Origin: Malacoraja senta
Lineage: Eukaryota
Assembly (NCBI GenBank): GCA_038087875.1
Contig: CM075998.1
Coordinates: 6,636,001-6,700,000, forward strand
Length of the DNA stretch: 64,000 bases
Reading direction: 5' to 3'
Below, one piece after another: positions 1-12,837 of the stretch. A program made the translations under genes and the position numbers. A model generated the notes under the pieces. The model saw nothing but the letters and a program-made list of their open reading frames with translations. It was not told the DNA's origin and ran no database searches. Positions within the stretch are counted from its first letter, which is position 1. Each line of letters begins with the position of its first letter.

Positions 1-129
1 CAGGTCAGTTAGATTATTGATTTTAAATAGCGACTATTTCTCCACTGATGCCACCTAACCAGATTATTTCCACAAGTAAGTGAAAATCAAAATGATTTTG
101 ATCAAAAACAAATACAGAAGATGCGTGAA

Positions 130-285
130 GACGCAAGGAACTGCAGATGCTGCTTTACAAAAAAGTAACTCAGCGGGTCAGGCAGCATCCCTGGAGAACA
201 TGGATAGGTGATGTTTCAGGTCAGGGCCCCATCAGACTGAAGAAGGGTCCCGACCAGTGGAGTTACTCCAGCACTTTGTGTCTAT
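130..285. mobile_element. Penelope-like (PLE) pseudo-LTR fragment, inverted arrangement
   Basis: aaggaactgcagatgctg..gtaactcagcgggtcaggcagcatc..ctgaagaagggtcccgacc..gagttactccagcac; same motif family as the 3' ends of PLE ORF copies at 14360-14490 and 16212-16295. Confidence 0.75.
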
Positions 286-294
286 TTAACAGAA

Positions 295-1100
295 AATTGA
301 ATTGAATTGAATTTCTTTATTTGTCATTCAAAAACAAGTTTGAACAAAAGTTCGTTACCATGCAGTCATAACAGTAAAAAAGCAACAAAACACACAATTA
401 ACACAATTTAACACAAACATCAATCTCAGTGACTCTCCTCCAGGCACCTCCTCACTGTGAATGAAGGTTAAAAAAAAGTCTTATCTCTTCTGTGCTTCTT
501 CTCCGGTGGTCTGGCAGTGAAACTGCTGCATCGAGGCAATCGAGGCTCCCGATGTTGAAGCCCCCGCTGGGGATGGAAGATCCCGCGGCTGATTTTAACC
601 CACGGCGGGCGATGAAAGGCACTGCGAACTGGCCGATTAAAGCCTTACGATTCGGGGCGGACGAAGCTGCTGTTACTGGAGCTCCCGAAAATCGGTCGCC
701 AACCAGAGACCTGCGAGCTCCCGATGTTGCAGTCCGCAGGGCCCGCGACCGAAGCCTCCGAAGTCGAGTCGCAGCCGCATTGCAACGCCCCCACAGCCTC
801 CGAAGTCAGCCAGCTCCGTGAAGGTAAGTCCGCAGACTCTGTGACCGGAGCCCTCAAGGTCGATTCCAGTTGGAGGCCGCCAGCTCCTCGATGTTAGGCC
901 TCAGCGCAAATGGAGATACAACACGGAAAAAGGTTGCATCTCCGTTGAAGGAAGAGATTTTTAAAAGTTTCCCTCCCCCCACCCCCCATTATACACAACT
1001 AAAAATAGACTAAAACATAATCTAACATTAACAATATGACAAAGAAAGAAGAAAGGCAGACAGACTGCAGGCGAGCCACAGGTGCATGCGCAGTGCCGCC
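295..1100 (-). mobile_element. Non-autonomous retroposon with Rex1/Babar-like 3' tail (copy A)
   Basis: Minus strand ends stem-loop + TGACAAATAAA + (ttcaa)n; GC-rich body similar to 7143-7699 and 26470-27287. Confidence 0.65.
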
Positions 1101-1794
1101 ACACGGAATGCATCTCTACTCAGCAGGTCATGCAGCATCCATGGGAAGAGAAACGGATTCAACGTTTCAGATTGAAGACAGTTCGCACAGATACAACCTG
1201 GCCTGCTGAGTGTGTCCAGTATTTTCAGTTTTTGTATTGGTTATCTTCTGTTTTTATTTTCAATTTCTTGCGTCTGCAGTATTTTGCTTTTAAGGGAACT
1301 GCCTTTTAGGAGAAATTTAATGTCTTCAAAACTCTTGAAGAATAGTTAATATCTTGAACTAAGGCTCAAGAGAAATAGTGTTTGGCGTTTGTAGTTTGTC
1401 ACTGTGGACTGGTGCCAAACCTAAGAGTACCACTAGCAAAACATGGGAAATGACAAAGCATTACTGTGGATTCAGTATTTTTTATAATTACACTCAGAAT
1501 GTTCTGTATTTGAGGCCCTTGGCCTTTCACCTGTCCCTCGTGAAATGTTGTGTCTTGGCACAATTTCATTTCTAAGAAGTTTCATTTCAATTTATAAATG
1601 TTTCCAGATGGCACAGAAACTAATGCAGATATCACCACTGTTGATATTGAACCAAGAAGTTCAAACCTGATTCTGCTTTTCCATGCACTTATTCCAAATA
1701 ATTAAAGCTGCTGGCAGCGATGGCTTGTCTAGTGAGGGAAGAGATTGTCAGATGAGTGGGCAGAACTGAGAATTCACTGTAATCCTGAAGATAC

Positions 1795-2099
1795 GGGCGG
1801 TGCAGCGGTAGAGTTGTTGCCTTGCAGTGCTTGCAGCGTCAGAGACCCGGGTTCCATCCCGACCACGGGTGCTGTCTGTACAGAGTTTGTACGTTCTCCC
1901 CGTGACCGCGTGGGTTTTCTCTGAGATCTTTGGTTTCCTCCCACACTCCAAAGATATCCAGGTTAATTGGCTTGTTATGTGTAAATTGTCCCTAGTGTGT
2001 GTAAGATAGTATTAATGTGTGGCGATCTTTGGTCGGTGAGGACTTGGTGGTCCGAAGGACCTGTTTCCACACTGTATCTCTAAACTAAACTAAACTAAA
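1795..2099 (+). mobile_element. tRNA-derived V-SINE (HE1-like)
   Basis: tRNA-like head with A/B boxes (gtgcagcggtagag..gggttccatccc), V-domain gagtttgtacgttctccccgtgaccgcgtgggtttt, CR1-like tail and (taaac)n. Confidence 0.88.
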
Positions 2100-2270
2100 T
2101 AATGAGCCAGCCAAACATAGACCACAGTAAAATCCTGTTTTGTATCTTTAAGTATCAGTTATATTAAAAAATGTTAATCAATGGGTTGACCAGGTTTTAC
2201 AGGAAGAAAGACACAAAATAGTGGAGTAACTCAGCGGGTCAGGCAGCATACCCGGAGAACATGGATAGGT

Positions 2271-2298
2271 GACGTTTCGGGTCGGGACCCTTCTTCAG
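2271..2298 (-). ncRNA. Minimal hammerhead ribozyme-like core in PLE pseudo-LTR
   Basis: Reverse complement CUGAAGA-A-GGGU-CCCG-ACCC-GAAA-CGUC; palindromic ACGU stem III; stem I only about 2 bp. Confidence 0.6.
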
Positions 2299-4229
2299 AC
2301 TGATTGATAGTTTTACTTGACTGATAGTTTCACAGAAGGTTTACCTTCAGCCCTTTTCCCTTTCATTAACTAAACCTAGTCTATTCAAATACTCTTAAAA
2401 AAAATATCAGTTCCGTTTTATGCTTTTAAACATAATTCTTTGAAATAATTAATTGTGCACTGTGCAGTAAAGGTATTTTGATGTTCCACCACTTGGGGCT
2501 GGAGCTGGGGAAGCTCCAGTTTGTGGTCCATGGTATGTGCAATGGTTGGAGACTTGAAGGGCTTTTGGTGGCTTCTAAGAAAATCAGAATTATTGCCCAG
2601 GATTTTCCATCCATTGACGTTGAGTAGGAAGAAAATATCTCCGTGGACTTGTGAGAAACTCCTCTCCAGATCAGTCCTTTCTGCTGGGAGAGGCCATCAG
2701 AACATTCTATCTGCACATGTTGCTTAACATGCTTGCTTTATTTTCTTTCATGGAATATCAGGCACATGACGCAATGGAATAAAATAAACCTCTTACAATG
2801 CTGGTTGCAGGGAGCAGAAGTTGATGTCCTATGCCTCTGCTTTATTTAGGCATCAGTGCAGTATCAGAAGTGTTGGACTCACTCAGGTGACAGTGCCACC
2901 AAAGTGGCAGATTCATTGAAGGCGTCTCTTGCCCCTTGCTCTGTGTAAAAGGTGGTTCAAAGTTTCACCTGAAAGGAGTGTTTGGATCCTGGACAGTGGG
3001 AAGTGAGAAAGTGAAAGGGCAGTTTTGTTTCCAGCAAGAGAATGTTCTCTAATCAGCCTCCAAAGCATCTGGTGCGTGGCTGCGAAAGCTGCTTCCCACT
3101 ATTAGAAAGAGTGCCAACAGTTCCAACACGAACATCACATTGAACTAATCTGAGAGTGTTATTTCTAAGTTGTTGCAGTCAGAGAGTTCACCAGAATTGC
3201 AGTTGATTGTACATTTGAATTTCAGAAAAATGTTGACATGCTTCAACATTGATGATTAATGGCTGAGTAAGTTGTCACAGATGAGGGGTTTAAAATGTAG
3301 CACTCTAGACAGATTTGGTTTAAGAACAGGAAACAGCCTAAGTAGGATATCTCGGATAATCCTGGTCATGTGTAACAGCTCCATTCACAAATCCCAACAT
3401 CCACGTTTCTTTCATTCACCTACCTAAACTAATCCTGAATGTTGATACAGCATCTGCCTCAACCACAAAAGCTTGGAAGTGAATTCCAGAGTTGTGTGAT
3501 TCTGTGTTATTCTTATTCTGAACTGAATTGATTATAATTAATCTTGTGTTTTGTCTCTTGTTCCAGGCCCTTAAATGTTACAATTAGTCAGCTGCTCATC
3601 CAATCTTCCATAATTTTGTTAATACATATCATGTTATCCCAAATCAGCAAATGTTCAACCAAGATGTCTGCCTGTCATAAAAACTATTATTGTCACATGT
3701 AATGGTACAGTGAAAAGTGTTTTTTTGCATACAGAACAGATGTAGCATTCAGAGCTCCAAATTCAAGTACAGTAGATACAGAGTGCAGAATATAGTTCTC
3801 AGCATTGCAGCACATCAGTTCCAGAGACAAAGTCCAATGTCCACAATGGGGTAGAGATGAATCGGACAATGCCCTAACTCGCAGAAGCTCCGTTAAAAAT
3901 TCTCATTCTTCTTCTATCGCTCCTACTGGTGCTGTACAACCCTTGTCTAGTTTTATACAAGCTTATTATTGGTAGTTATATTCTGTGTCCCTTCATGAGG
4001 TTGAGTGAGCTGCTTTTTTGTTTCGTGTCACGTTCTGTGTGCCTGATCCCAAACCCCATTACACCGAGTCACTGAGTTATATCACATGGAAACAGACCCT
4101 TTGGCATGCTGACTAAGATGTCTGCCTGAGCAAGTCTCATCTCTGCGTCTCACCCATATCCTTCTAAACCTTTCATATCCATGTACCTGTACAAATATAT
4201 GTATTTTTAACATTGTAATTGTACCCGAC

Positions 4230-4541
4230 TCACAGTGGCGCGTACAGCGCTAGAGTTGCTGCCTTACAGCAAATGTAGCGCCGGAGACCCAGGTTCCATC
4301 CCGACTACGGGTGCTGTCTGTACGGAGTTTGTACCTTCTCCCTGTGACCTGCGTGGGTTTTCTTCGAGATCTTCCGTTTCCTTCCACACTCCTAAGATGT
4401 AGGTTAATTGGCTTGGTAAATGTAAAAATTGTCCCTAGTGTGTGTAGGATAGTATTAATGTGCAGGGATCGCTGGTCGGTGTGGACCCGGTGGGCCAAAG
4501 GGCCTGTTTCCAAGCTGTATCTCTAAACTAAACTAAACTAA
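4230..4541 (+). mobile_element. V-SINE (HE1-like)
   Basis: Same head, V-domain and tail as 1795-2099. Confidence 0.88.
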
Positions 4542-5380
4542 GCTCATTCCACATAAGCAACGCACTGTTTTCCCTCGGGTTCCTTTTAAATCTTTCCCCT
4601 CTAAACTTAGATCTATGCCCACAAGTTTAAGACTCCCCTACCCTGGAAAAAGAAGACTGTAACCATCCACCTTACCCATACATTTCATGATGTAATATAT
4701 ACTAAGTTTAACTACTGTTTTCATTTTGTACAAAAATGCATTTTCTTGCACTCAATAACATTCAACTCCAACTGACACTGTTACATTCATATCAATATCT
4801 GTTCAGTTTCCCTTTTGTCCTTTACCCTCAAGTTCCAAGTCACTAATATATAATAGAGTCGTTTTGATATCAACAAATGTTGACATGACATATCCAGAGC
4901 TGTATCCAAAGTATTGATGAAATGAGATGCCCCAGATCTGAGCTTTGACAAATGGAGAAGGTCACAAGCCACAATTTTTTTTTTTGTGTTCAGATTTGAT
5001 ACCCTTTCAATGTTCCTTAATGTTCTATAATACGCTCCTCTGCACTACCTCTTGACTCAGAACAATTTAACGAGATTTTGCTAATAATAATGAACCTGCT
5101 TGCCCATGGCTATCAAAAAACCATTTCACTATCCTTTACGTTAGTGCAAGAAACACTGAAAGGATTCAAAACCATGACGCTGGGACTCGTGTTAAACCAG
5201 CTTTTTGCCCCCTTATTCTACTGTATTTTTAAATGTTTGTTGGTAAGAAATATAACCAGTCAGATGGGGATGAGGTTTAAATCAAAGTTCAAGATCGATT
5301 GTGACAAAATGGAACAGCATGAGACCATTTGACCAAGCCAGTGTGAGCCTTGTTGGAAACAATCCAGCTAATGCCCCTCT

Positions 5381-5381
<1 letters not shown>

Positions 5382-5418
<37 letters not shown>
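5382..5418. repeat. (CT)n microsatellite
   Basis: Direct reading. Confidence 0.95.
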
Positions 5419-5421
<3 letters not shown>

Positions 5422-5759
5422 ATAATCCCGCAATTTTTTTTCTCCTTCAAGTATTTTCCAATTTCATTTGGAAAACTACTATTGAATTTGTTTCCACCAC
5501 CTTATTGGGCAATACATTCTAAATCCCAACCACTTGTGTGAAATAAATACATTTCTCCTCTTTAGCTTTATCTTTTTTCCAATCAGCTTAACTCGTATAG
5601 ATTTACAGTCTAGAAGAAGCCAACATGTCTGCCCTGACCTAAAAGTGATCTGTCCAGTCTAATTCTAGTTTTCAGCTCTTGGCTTTTTAGGTTACGATTC
5701 TTCAAATGCTTATCAAATGCTTTGTAGATAAATTGAGGTTTTCTGCTTCCACAAAAAAA

Positions 5760-5950
5760 GACACAAAGTGCTGGAGTAACTCAGCGGGTCAGGCAGCATC
5801 TCTGGAGAACATGGATAGGTGACATTTTGGGTCGGGACATTTCTTCAGACTAATCTCTTATCCATGTTCTCAGAGAGCCTGACCTGCTGAGTTACTCCAG
5901 CATTTTGTGTCTCTTTTTGTAAAGTAGCATTTGCAGTTCTTTTGTTTCTA
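5760..5950. mobile_element. PLE pseudo-LTR inverted pair
   Basis: gacacaaagtgctggagtaactcagc...gctgagttactccagcattttgtgtc. Confidence 0.75.
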
Positions 5951-6886
5951 AATGTTCCTGCCTCCTGCAATGCACTTGATCACTATTCAGGTGAAAAGAA
6001 TTCTCCTCAATTCTTTGCTAATCCTTCTACCAACTGCACTAAAACCATGTGCACCTCACCCCCAACCCAAGTTATGTTCTTTGTTAACTGAAATGGAGCT
6101 TTCCTTTTCAGACTTTGCCTTTAACAATCCATGTTGAATCTCCTTTATTATTTGATATGTGTCCAAGTAGCTGTGAATTTTCTCCAATACATGTGTTTCT
6201 CAAAGCTTCCCTACTGTCAGCGTTGGATTAATTGTTCTCTGACTGCCAAGTTTATCCTTCTCTTTTATGAACAAAATTGTAACATTTGCAGCCATCTCAA
6301 TTCCGCCATTCCTGCACCAAAGAAGGATTGGGAGACAGTAAACTGGTCTCCTAAGATAAATATTGCTCCCATGGAAGTAATAGTCTTTTTAAATATAAAC
6401 TATCTCCAATTTGGAAGATAGGAATTAAACTAGCAACCTATACCCGTTCACAGACTATAAATATTTCTGATTGCGGCACAACGGTGCAGCAAATATATTT
6501 CTGCAATCGAATTATGAAGAGCTGAAGTAACTCAGTGCGGTCAGGCAGTGTCTGTGGAGGGAATGGACATGCCACGTTTTGGGTCGGGACCCTTTCTCAG
6601 AGTGATTGTAGCAGGGGGGTGTGGGGTTAAAGAAAGCTGGAAAAGAGCTGGGGGCACATGACAAAGCCTGGCAAGTGATGGGTGGAAACAGGCAAGGGAT
6701 GTTTGTAGGAGAGAAGACCAGGCAAATTCACTACCATTTAGCTGTTGAAAAGAGCCTAAATGAGGAAAGGAATACTGAGGGAGTTTGTAGAAAGGAACTG
6801 CAGATGCTGGTTTAAACCTAAGATAGACTCAAAATGCTGGAGTAACTCAGCGGGACAGGCAGTATCTCTGGATAAAAGGAATGGGT

Positions 6887-6914
6887 GACGTTTCGGGTTG
6901 AGACCCTTCTTCAG
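6887..6914 (-). ncRNA. Minimal hammerhead ribozyme-like core
   Basis: Reverse complement CUGAAGA-A-GGGU-CUCA-ACCC-GAAA-CGUC. Confidence 0.6.
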
Positions 6915-7142
6915 ACTGATGTCAGGGGGAGGGAGATACAGAGCTAAGGTTGTGTAAGGTGTGAAAACAGGACAAAGGGAATAGGGATCAAGGAAAATGT
7001 AGAATAGATTAGCTGGGAGATAATAAAGCAAACTTAAAATGTAGTCGGAGACTGTCCGACTGGTCGGAGAACTGGTGGGAGGGAGAGAGGGAGAGAGAGA
7101 GAGAGAGAGAGAGCAAGAGTTATTTGAAGTTAAGAGAAGTCA

Positions 7143-7699
7143 GAATCAGAATCAGATTTTATTCGCCAAGTATGTTTTGCAACATACGAGGAATTTCACT
7201 GGCCAGGTCAGTCATACAATTAAAAGCAACAGACTCAAAAACACATTTTAACATGAACATCCACCACAGTGACTCCTACACATTCCTCACTGTGATGGAA
7301 GGCGAAATAAAGTTCAAGTCGTTCCTTTTGCTCTTCCTCGGTCGTGGGCCTCGAGCCCCCATTGACGGGATGGTCTTGACTCCCGTAGCCGGCGCCGTTC
7401 GGGCCCTCCGCATCGAGGCATTCAGCTCCTGCATCGGGGGGATGCCAGCTCCCCCTGCGTCGGGGCTGGTTGAACCTTCTGCGGTGTTGGAGCTCCCGAC
7501 TAGCCTCTCCCGAGACTGCGAACCCTAGATGGTAAGTCCGCAGGCCGCGGTGAGAGCAATCCCAGGCAAGGGTTCAGCTCCGATGTTAAGTCCACGCCCC
7601 GCGGTGGGGCTCACGACAGTCCGAGGAGGCTTCCAGCTCCAGCGATGGTAGGCCGCAGAGCCTGGAGAATGTGATCCGAAAAATTGATCACATCTCCGG
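7143..7699 (-). mobile_element. Non-autonomous retroposon with Rex1-like tail (copy B, 5'-truncated)
   Basis: (tctgat)n tail, AATAAA, 3' stem-loop GTATGTT/AACATAC; probable TSD gaagtca at 7136-7142 and 7700-7706. Confidence 0.7.
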
Positions 7700-9966
7700 G
7701 AAGTCAATACCGCTGGGATGTGAGCTGCCCTGTGCCCAACCTGGATGCACCCCCATTTCTCCCATTTTTCCTCTCCCCCCCCTTTCTGAACGTCCCCTTC
7801 CACCTATATCCCTTCCTCTGGCTTCACATTTCACACCTTTTCTCTCCTTATCTCGCAGCCTTTTGTCTTTTCATCTCTGGCCTTTGTCCACCCATCTGCC
7901 TCGCAAACCCCCTCACCTGTGTCCATCTATCACTTGCCAGTCTTTGTTCTGCCTCCACCTCTCTTCCAACATTCATCACCCTACCACAATCGGCCCAAAG
8001 AAGTGTCCTGCCCCAAAACGTCACCTATCCGTCTTCTCCATTGATGCTGTCTTTTTGTCTTTCTCTTTTGTCTATTTCACTGAGTATTTGAGTGAAACAA
8101 TAAATCACTCCATAGACACGTATATTCTGTACATGCCATCCAGGAAGGGGGCAGAAGAGTCTCCATGCAATGGGACTATTGAGAAGCAAGCGGCAGTTCT
8201 GTTGAGAAAACAATGGAGTAAGATCAATTGAATAGTAATTAGTGTAGGAGTGTGCAGGCAAGATCGCATTGAGCAATTAATCAAAGGTCAGTTCATTCAT
8301 GTGATGTTGGGGTTATAATATTTTTCGGATTGCATTTTGAGTTTCAAGTGTTGCGATATTTGGGATTCATGATATCTACCAAGGTCACGAAATTGCTTGA
8401 AATATGCAAAAAAGTGAGCAGGAAATGCTTTTGACATTCTGAATGAATTTGATGGCAAACTCTGAGCGGGACCATAAGTGGGAACCAAAAGAAGATACAA
8501 AAAATATCAAAGGCTTTTGGTTCTAGAATGGAGGTCACTGCAACATCTCACAAAAGAACCAAACTGTTGATAGGGTAAGTGAAGGCAAGGAGCCAAGAAA
8601 AAAATTGGAAGTGCAAGGGGAAAAATAAAATGAAAAATCTAAACAAGTACAAAAATGCCAGAACTGATCAAAGAAGCCGACCAGGAAGGTTTTTTTTAGA
8701 TAACACTCTGCATATTTTGTAATTTAATTTTGCAATTAGTTTTGAAACTAGCGATGAATGTAATCACTGTATATTGTGCCAAATTTCTATAGTATGGGTG
8801 ACTTTTTTCAGTTTACACTTAACTGCTTTTTCCCTGTAATTGAGGCCTAATTAAAACGTTCCTGTTGGTGCAGATGGTCATTGGAGATATCAGTTTTTGT
8901 GGGAAGGGATTGATGAGGAGATAATGAATGGAGAAACGTGCTCAGTGGGCCAAGAGTAGGCTGAAACAGTGGGCCTACCTGACCATTCTTCTTGAGGATT
9001 TTGGGCAGGAGGTAGATGTGGGCTGTGTAAGGTTAAGAGACTACACGGCTGGATGTTGTGGAGGGAAGATATCCCAAGGAAATGAGGTCCATGAATCGGA
9101 TATTTTTAAGTATTGATTACTTCAGAAATGTGATTATTGGATATCTATTAATAAAGCTCAGACTTGAATATACTCAATACTCAAGTCTGAGTGTTTGTTA
9201 ATTTGCTTTTGCTGAAGGTGGATTGTATGGTCCTGTAGTTTCAATTTTGGATCACACTCGTGTCATTTGAAAATTGCTTTCTGATCAAGTAACGTGGACA
9301 TCCGGTCAATGCTCCATGCGTCAAGGTCTCCAGCACTACATGTTGATTATTGATACTTATCTCATTGAAAGGTTGAGGTAAATAGGTTGTGAAGGCAGCT
9401 CTTGTTTTGGTTGTCGTGTTGTGGATATGATTGATGTCAGCACTTTAATTCTACTGTGTCAAATGACAGTGACGCAAATGTGCACAGAAGGTGCACCATG
9501 CCTGCGGCTGCATTCTGCCCTACCCTGTCCTGTTTTGTGTTCTCTCTTTCTTCTAAGCTATGACAGCATTCTTTCTCTCTTCAGTCTTGTTGTATAGCTA
9601 ATGTAAGACTTTTGGATCATATTTGTAAACTACATTCCCTGTTACAAATCATATAGATGAAAAATATTAGTTTGCATCTGCCAGACTATTTACCAGATGT
9701 AACAGCTCTAATTCAGTAACATTTACTGAGTTTAGATTATATAGCAGTTTAACAGAATTCATGATTTTCAATTTTAATGAAAGCAGTCCCATTTAATTAT
9801 AAAATATAATTACCATAGTCATACAGCGTGAAAACAGGCCCCACGGCCCAACTTGCCCATGCTGACCAAGATGCCCCATCTACTCTAGTCCCACCAGCCT
9901 GCGTTTGGCCCATATACCTCTAAACCTTTCCTATCCATGTACCTGTCCAAATGCCTGTTAATTCCT

Positions 9967-10174
9967 AGGTAGACAAAAATGCTGGAGAAACTCAGCGGGT
10001 GAGGCAGCATCTATGGAGCGAAGGAAATAGGCAACGTTCAGTCTGAAGTAGGGTTTCGACCCGAACCGTTGCCTATTTCCTTCGCTCCATAGATGCTGCC
10101 TCACCTGCTGAGTTTTTCCAGCATTTTTGTCTACCTTCGATTTTCCAGCATCTGCAGTTCTTTCTTAAACAACA
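9967..10174. mobile_element. PLE pseudo-LTR fold-back insertion with 14-bp TSD
   Basis: Near-perfect inverted arms of about 70 bp; TSD GCCTGTTAATTCCT at 9953-9966 and 10175-10188. Confidence 0.85.
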
Positions 10175-12837
10175 GCCTGTTAATTCCTCATTTGTTTGCA
10201 CTACATAGCAACATCAGTGTAATTTGTAAACATGATCCATTTTCTCTGGATATCTGAATCAATGTCATTGTTCATGGATGAATAACATTCATAACGTTAA
10301 TATAAGTGCAGAGTTCTGGAAGAGTGTCATTTTATTTTGGGAAGGCTGGCCAGTAGAGTGCAGGAGTAGTGAGCTCTCGAAGTGCCAAAGGCTCGGATGT
10401 GGATTTCAGCCACACTGAGTTGAGCATAGAGTTGGGTAACGTTGCGGAGATGGAAATTAGTGATCTTAGGGATGGAGAGATGCACGGCTTGGTATCAACC
10501 ACAACACCAAGGCTGCCAATAGTCTGACTCAGCTTAAGTTTCCTGGGAAGGGTGGCTGCCAGAGAACTGAGATTGTGGTGGAATCCATAGGAAGTGGCTC
10601 AAGCCTTCCCCATACTTTGAGAAATTGCTGCTCATCCAAAATTGGATGTCATTTCAACAGTGTGACAAACGCGAGATAGTGGCATTGCCCAGAGAACTGT
10701 TTGAGAGAGGGAACTCTGTTGTGTGTTCTCCTGGAACTTGATGTTGTGCTTTGAGCAATAGCACCAGGAGAAATTGAAGGGAGCAAGTAACTACAGAGGG
10801 CAGCATGGTGTGAGTGGGACAGGTAATTCAATCAATGAGAATGGGCCAAACATAAGCAATGCTATCCAATACCAATGGAAGGGAGGTTTTGGAGACAATG
10901 GTGTGGTCAATTGTGGAGAAGGCAGCAGATAGACAAAGAAGAATGAGGAGGGGGGTGGGGTAACCAAACAGTCGAAATTGTAAAGCCAAAAGAGACTGCA
11001 GATGGAATCTGGAATAACAAACATAACACCGTCAGCAGATCAAGCAGCATCTGTGGAGGCAAAAGGTGTAAGTCACCATTATGGGATGGGAAAGAATATG
11101 ATGCTACTAGTAGCTTCAATACTGTGGCAGGACTAACAACCTGAATGGAGGGATCCAAACATAGACTGAGGGAAAGATTTGGAAGGCGCTGGCATAGTCA
11201 AGAAGTTTGGAAAGGAAAGTTAGTTTGGAGACAAGTTGGTAAGTTGCAGATTCAGTGGGGTGAAGAGAGACGAAAGTGAAGGTAATAGACACAAACAAAC
11301 AATGGTTGATGATGGAGAGAAGAGAGCGAGTGAATTAGAATGTAACTGGTTACACAAAATGATTTGGAAGAAAATAAGGAGAATGTTTGTGAGGCACCCA
11401 ACGTTCATGGGAGGGGCAATGGGGAAAAAGACAGACCCGGAGTCCAGTGTTATATGGCACAATGGTGGATGAACAGCTGGCTTGCTTAACAAATGAGCCC
11501 ACTTTTCCATTCAGTCTGCCATATTTCTGCATCTGGTTTACATCAGCTTAGCTAGGATTCACCTTTTAACAGAAGTTGAAAGCCTGTTTTCACAAATTGG
11601 TGAGATTTTTGAGATTAAGCATAATTGACCAAGATGACATTCCAGTTCTTGCTTCTGCCACATGTTTTATCCCATACCTTTTATGTTTTTCTTCCGCATC
11701 ACCGCCTCCTCAATAACCACCTCCACATCATTTTTTCTTAACCCTCCATATTTGTGCACGCTCTCTGCTTCCTCACTAATCTTTGTCTTAGCCTCCGGCA
11801 GCCCGCCTGCTCACCGCTTCTGCCTGCTCTGGTCTCTTGTCCGGCCCAGTCTTCATACTGGTTGATGGGAGTTTTTATTGTCACCTAATCAAAGTAAGGT
11901 AGATAAGGTATAATGGCTTGTCTTAAAAGAGAATCACTTCACAGGAGTATTGGGCTGGATTTTATGATCAAACCTCTGGAGTGAGATTTGAAGCCATGAC
12001 TTTCTGATTCAGAGACAAGATTGTCATCTACTTAGTCGAACAGAAGAATCATCTCTATCTCGATAAGAAAGAAAAGATTTGTGTAGGAAGGAACTGGTTT
12101 AGACTGAAGATCGACACAAAATGATGGAGTACAGTGCCCTCCATAATGTTTGGGACAAAGACCCATCATTTATATATTTGCCTCTGTACTCCACAATATG
12201 AGATTTGTAATAGAAAAAAAATCACATGTGGTTAAAGTGCACATTGTCAGATTTTAATAAAGGCCATTTTTATACATTTTGGATTCACCATGTAGAAATT
12301 ACAGCAGTGTTTATACATAGTCCTCCCATTTCAGGGCACCATAATGTTTGGGACACAGCAATGTCATGTAAATGAAAGTAGTCATGTTTTGTATTTTGTT
12401 GCATATCCTTTGCACGCAATGACAGCTTGAAGTCTGCGATTCATGGACATCACCAGTTGCTGGGTGTATTCTCTGGTGATGCTCTGCCAGGCCTGTATTG
12501 CAGACATCTTTAGGTTATGCTTGTTTTGGGGGCTAGTCCCCTTCAGTTTTCTCTTCAGCATATAAAAGGCATGCTCAATTGGGTTCAGATCGGGTGATTG
12601 ACTTGACCACTCAAGAATTGACCATTTTTTAACTTTGTAAAACTCCTTTGTTGCTTTAGCAGTATGTTTGGGATCATTGTCTTGCTGTAGAATGAACCGC
12701 CGGCCAATGAGTTTTGAGGCATTTGTTTGAACTTGAGCAGATAGGATGTGTCTATACACTTCAGAATTCATTATGCTGCTACCATCAGCAGTTGGATCAT
12801 CAATTAAGATAAGTGAGCCAGTACCCTCAGCAGCCAT

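Larger units (their letters stand above)
6786..8045. mobile_element. PLE 3' region in inverted (fold-back) arrangement, interrupted at 7143-7699
   Basis: pLTR and 3' UTR on minus at 6786-7140, continuing gaagtcaataccgctggg at 7700, then plus-strand pyrimidine-rich 3' UTR and degenerate pLTR. Confidence 0.65.

Noticed and set aside
1795..1875. tRNA genes at SINE heads
   Set aside because: A/B boxes are present but there is no full cloverleaf, and each continues into a V-domain and LINE tail.
8297..8538. Short minus-strand ORFs in apparently unique sequence
   Set aside because: No recognisable domain or exon boundaries; the length is compatible with chance.
11430..11470. PGVQCYMA peptide resembling SPRYD3 DPGEKCYIA
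   Set aside because: Flanking residues do not match and there are no fitting splice sites; coincidence.
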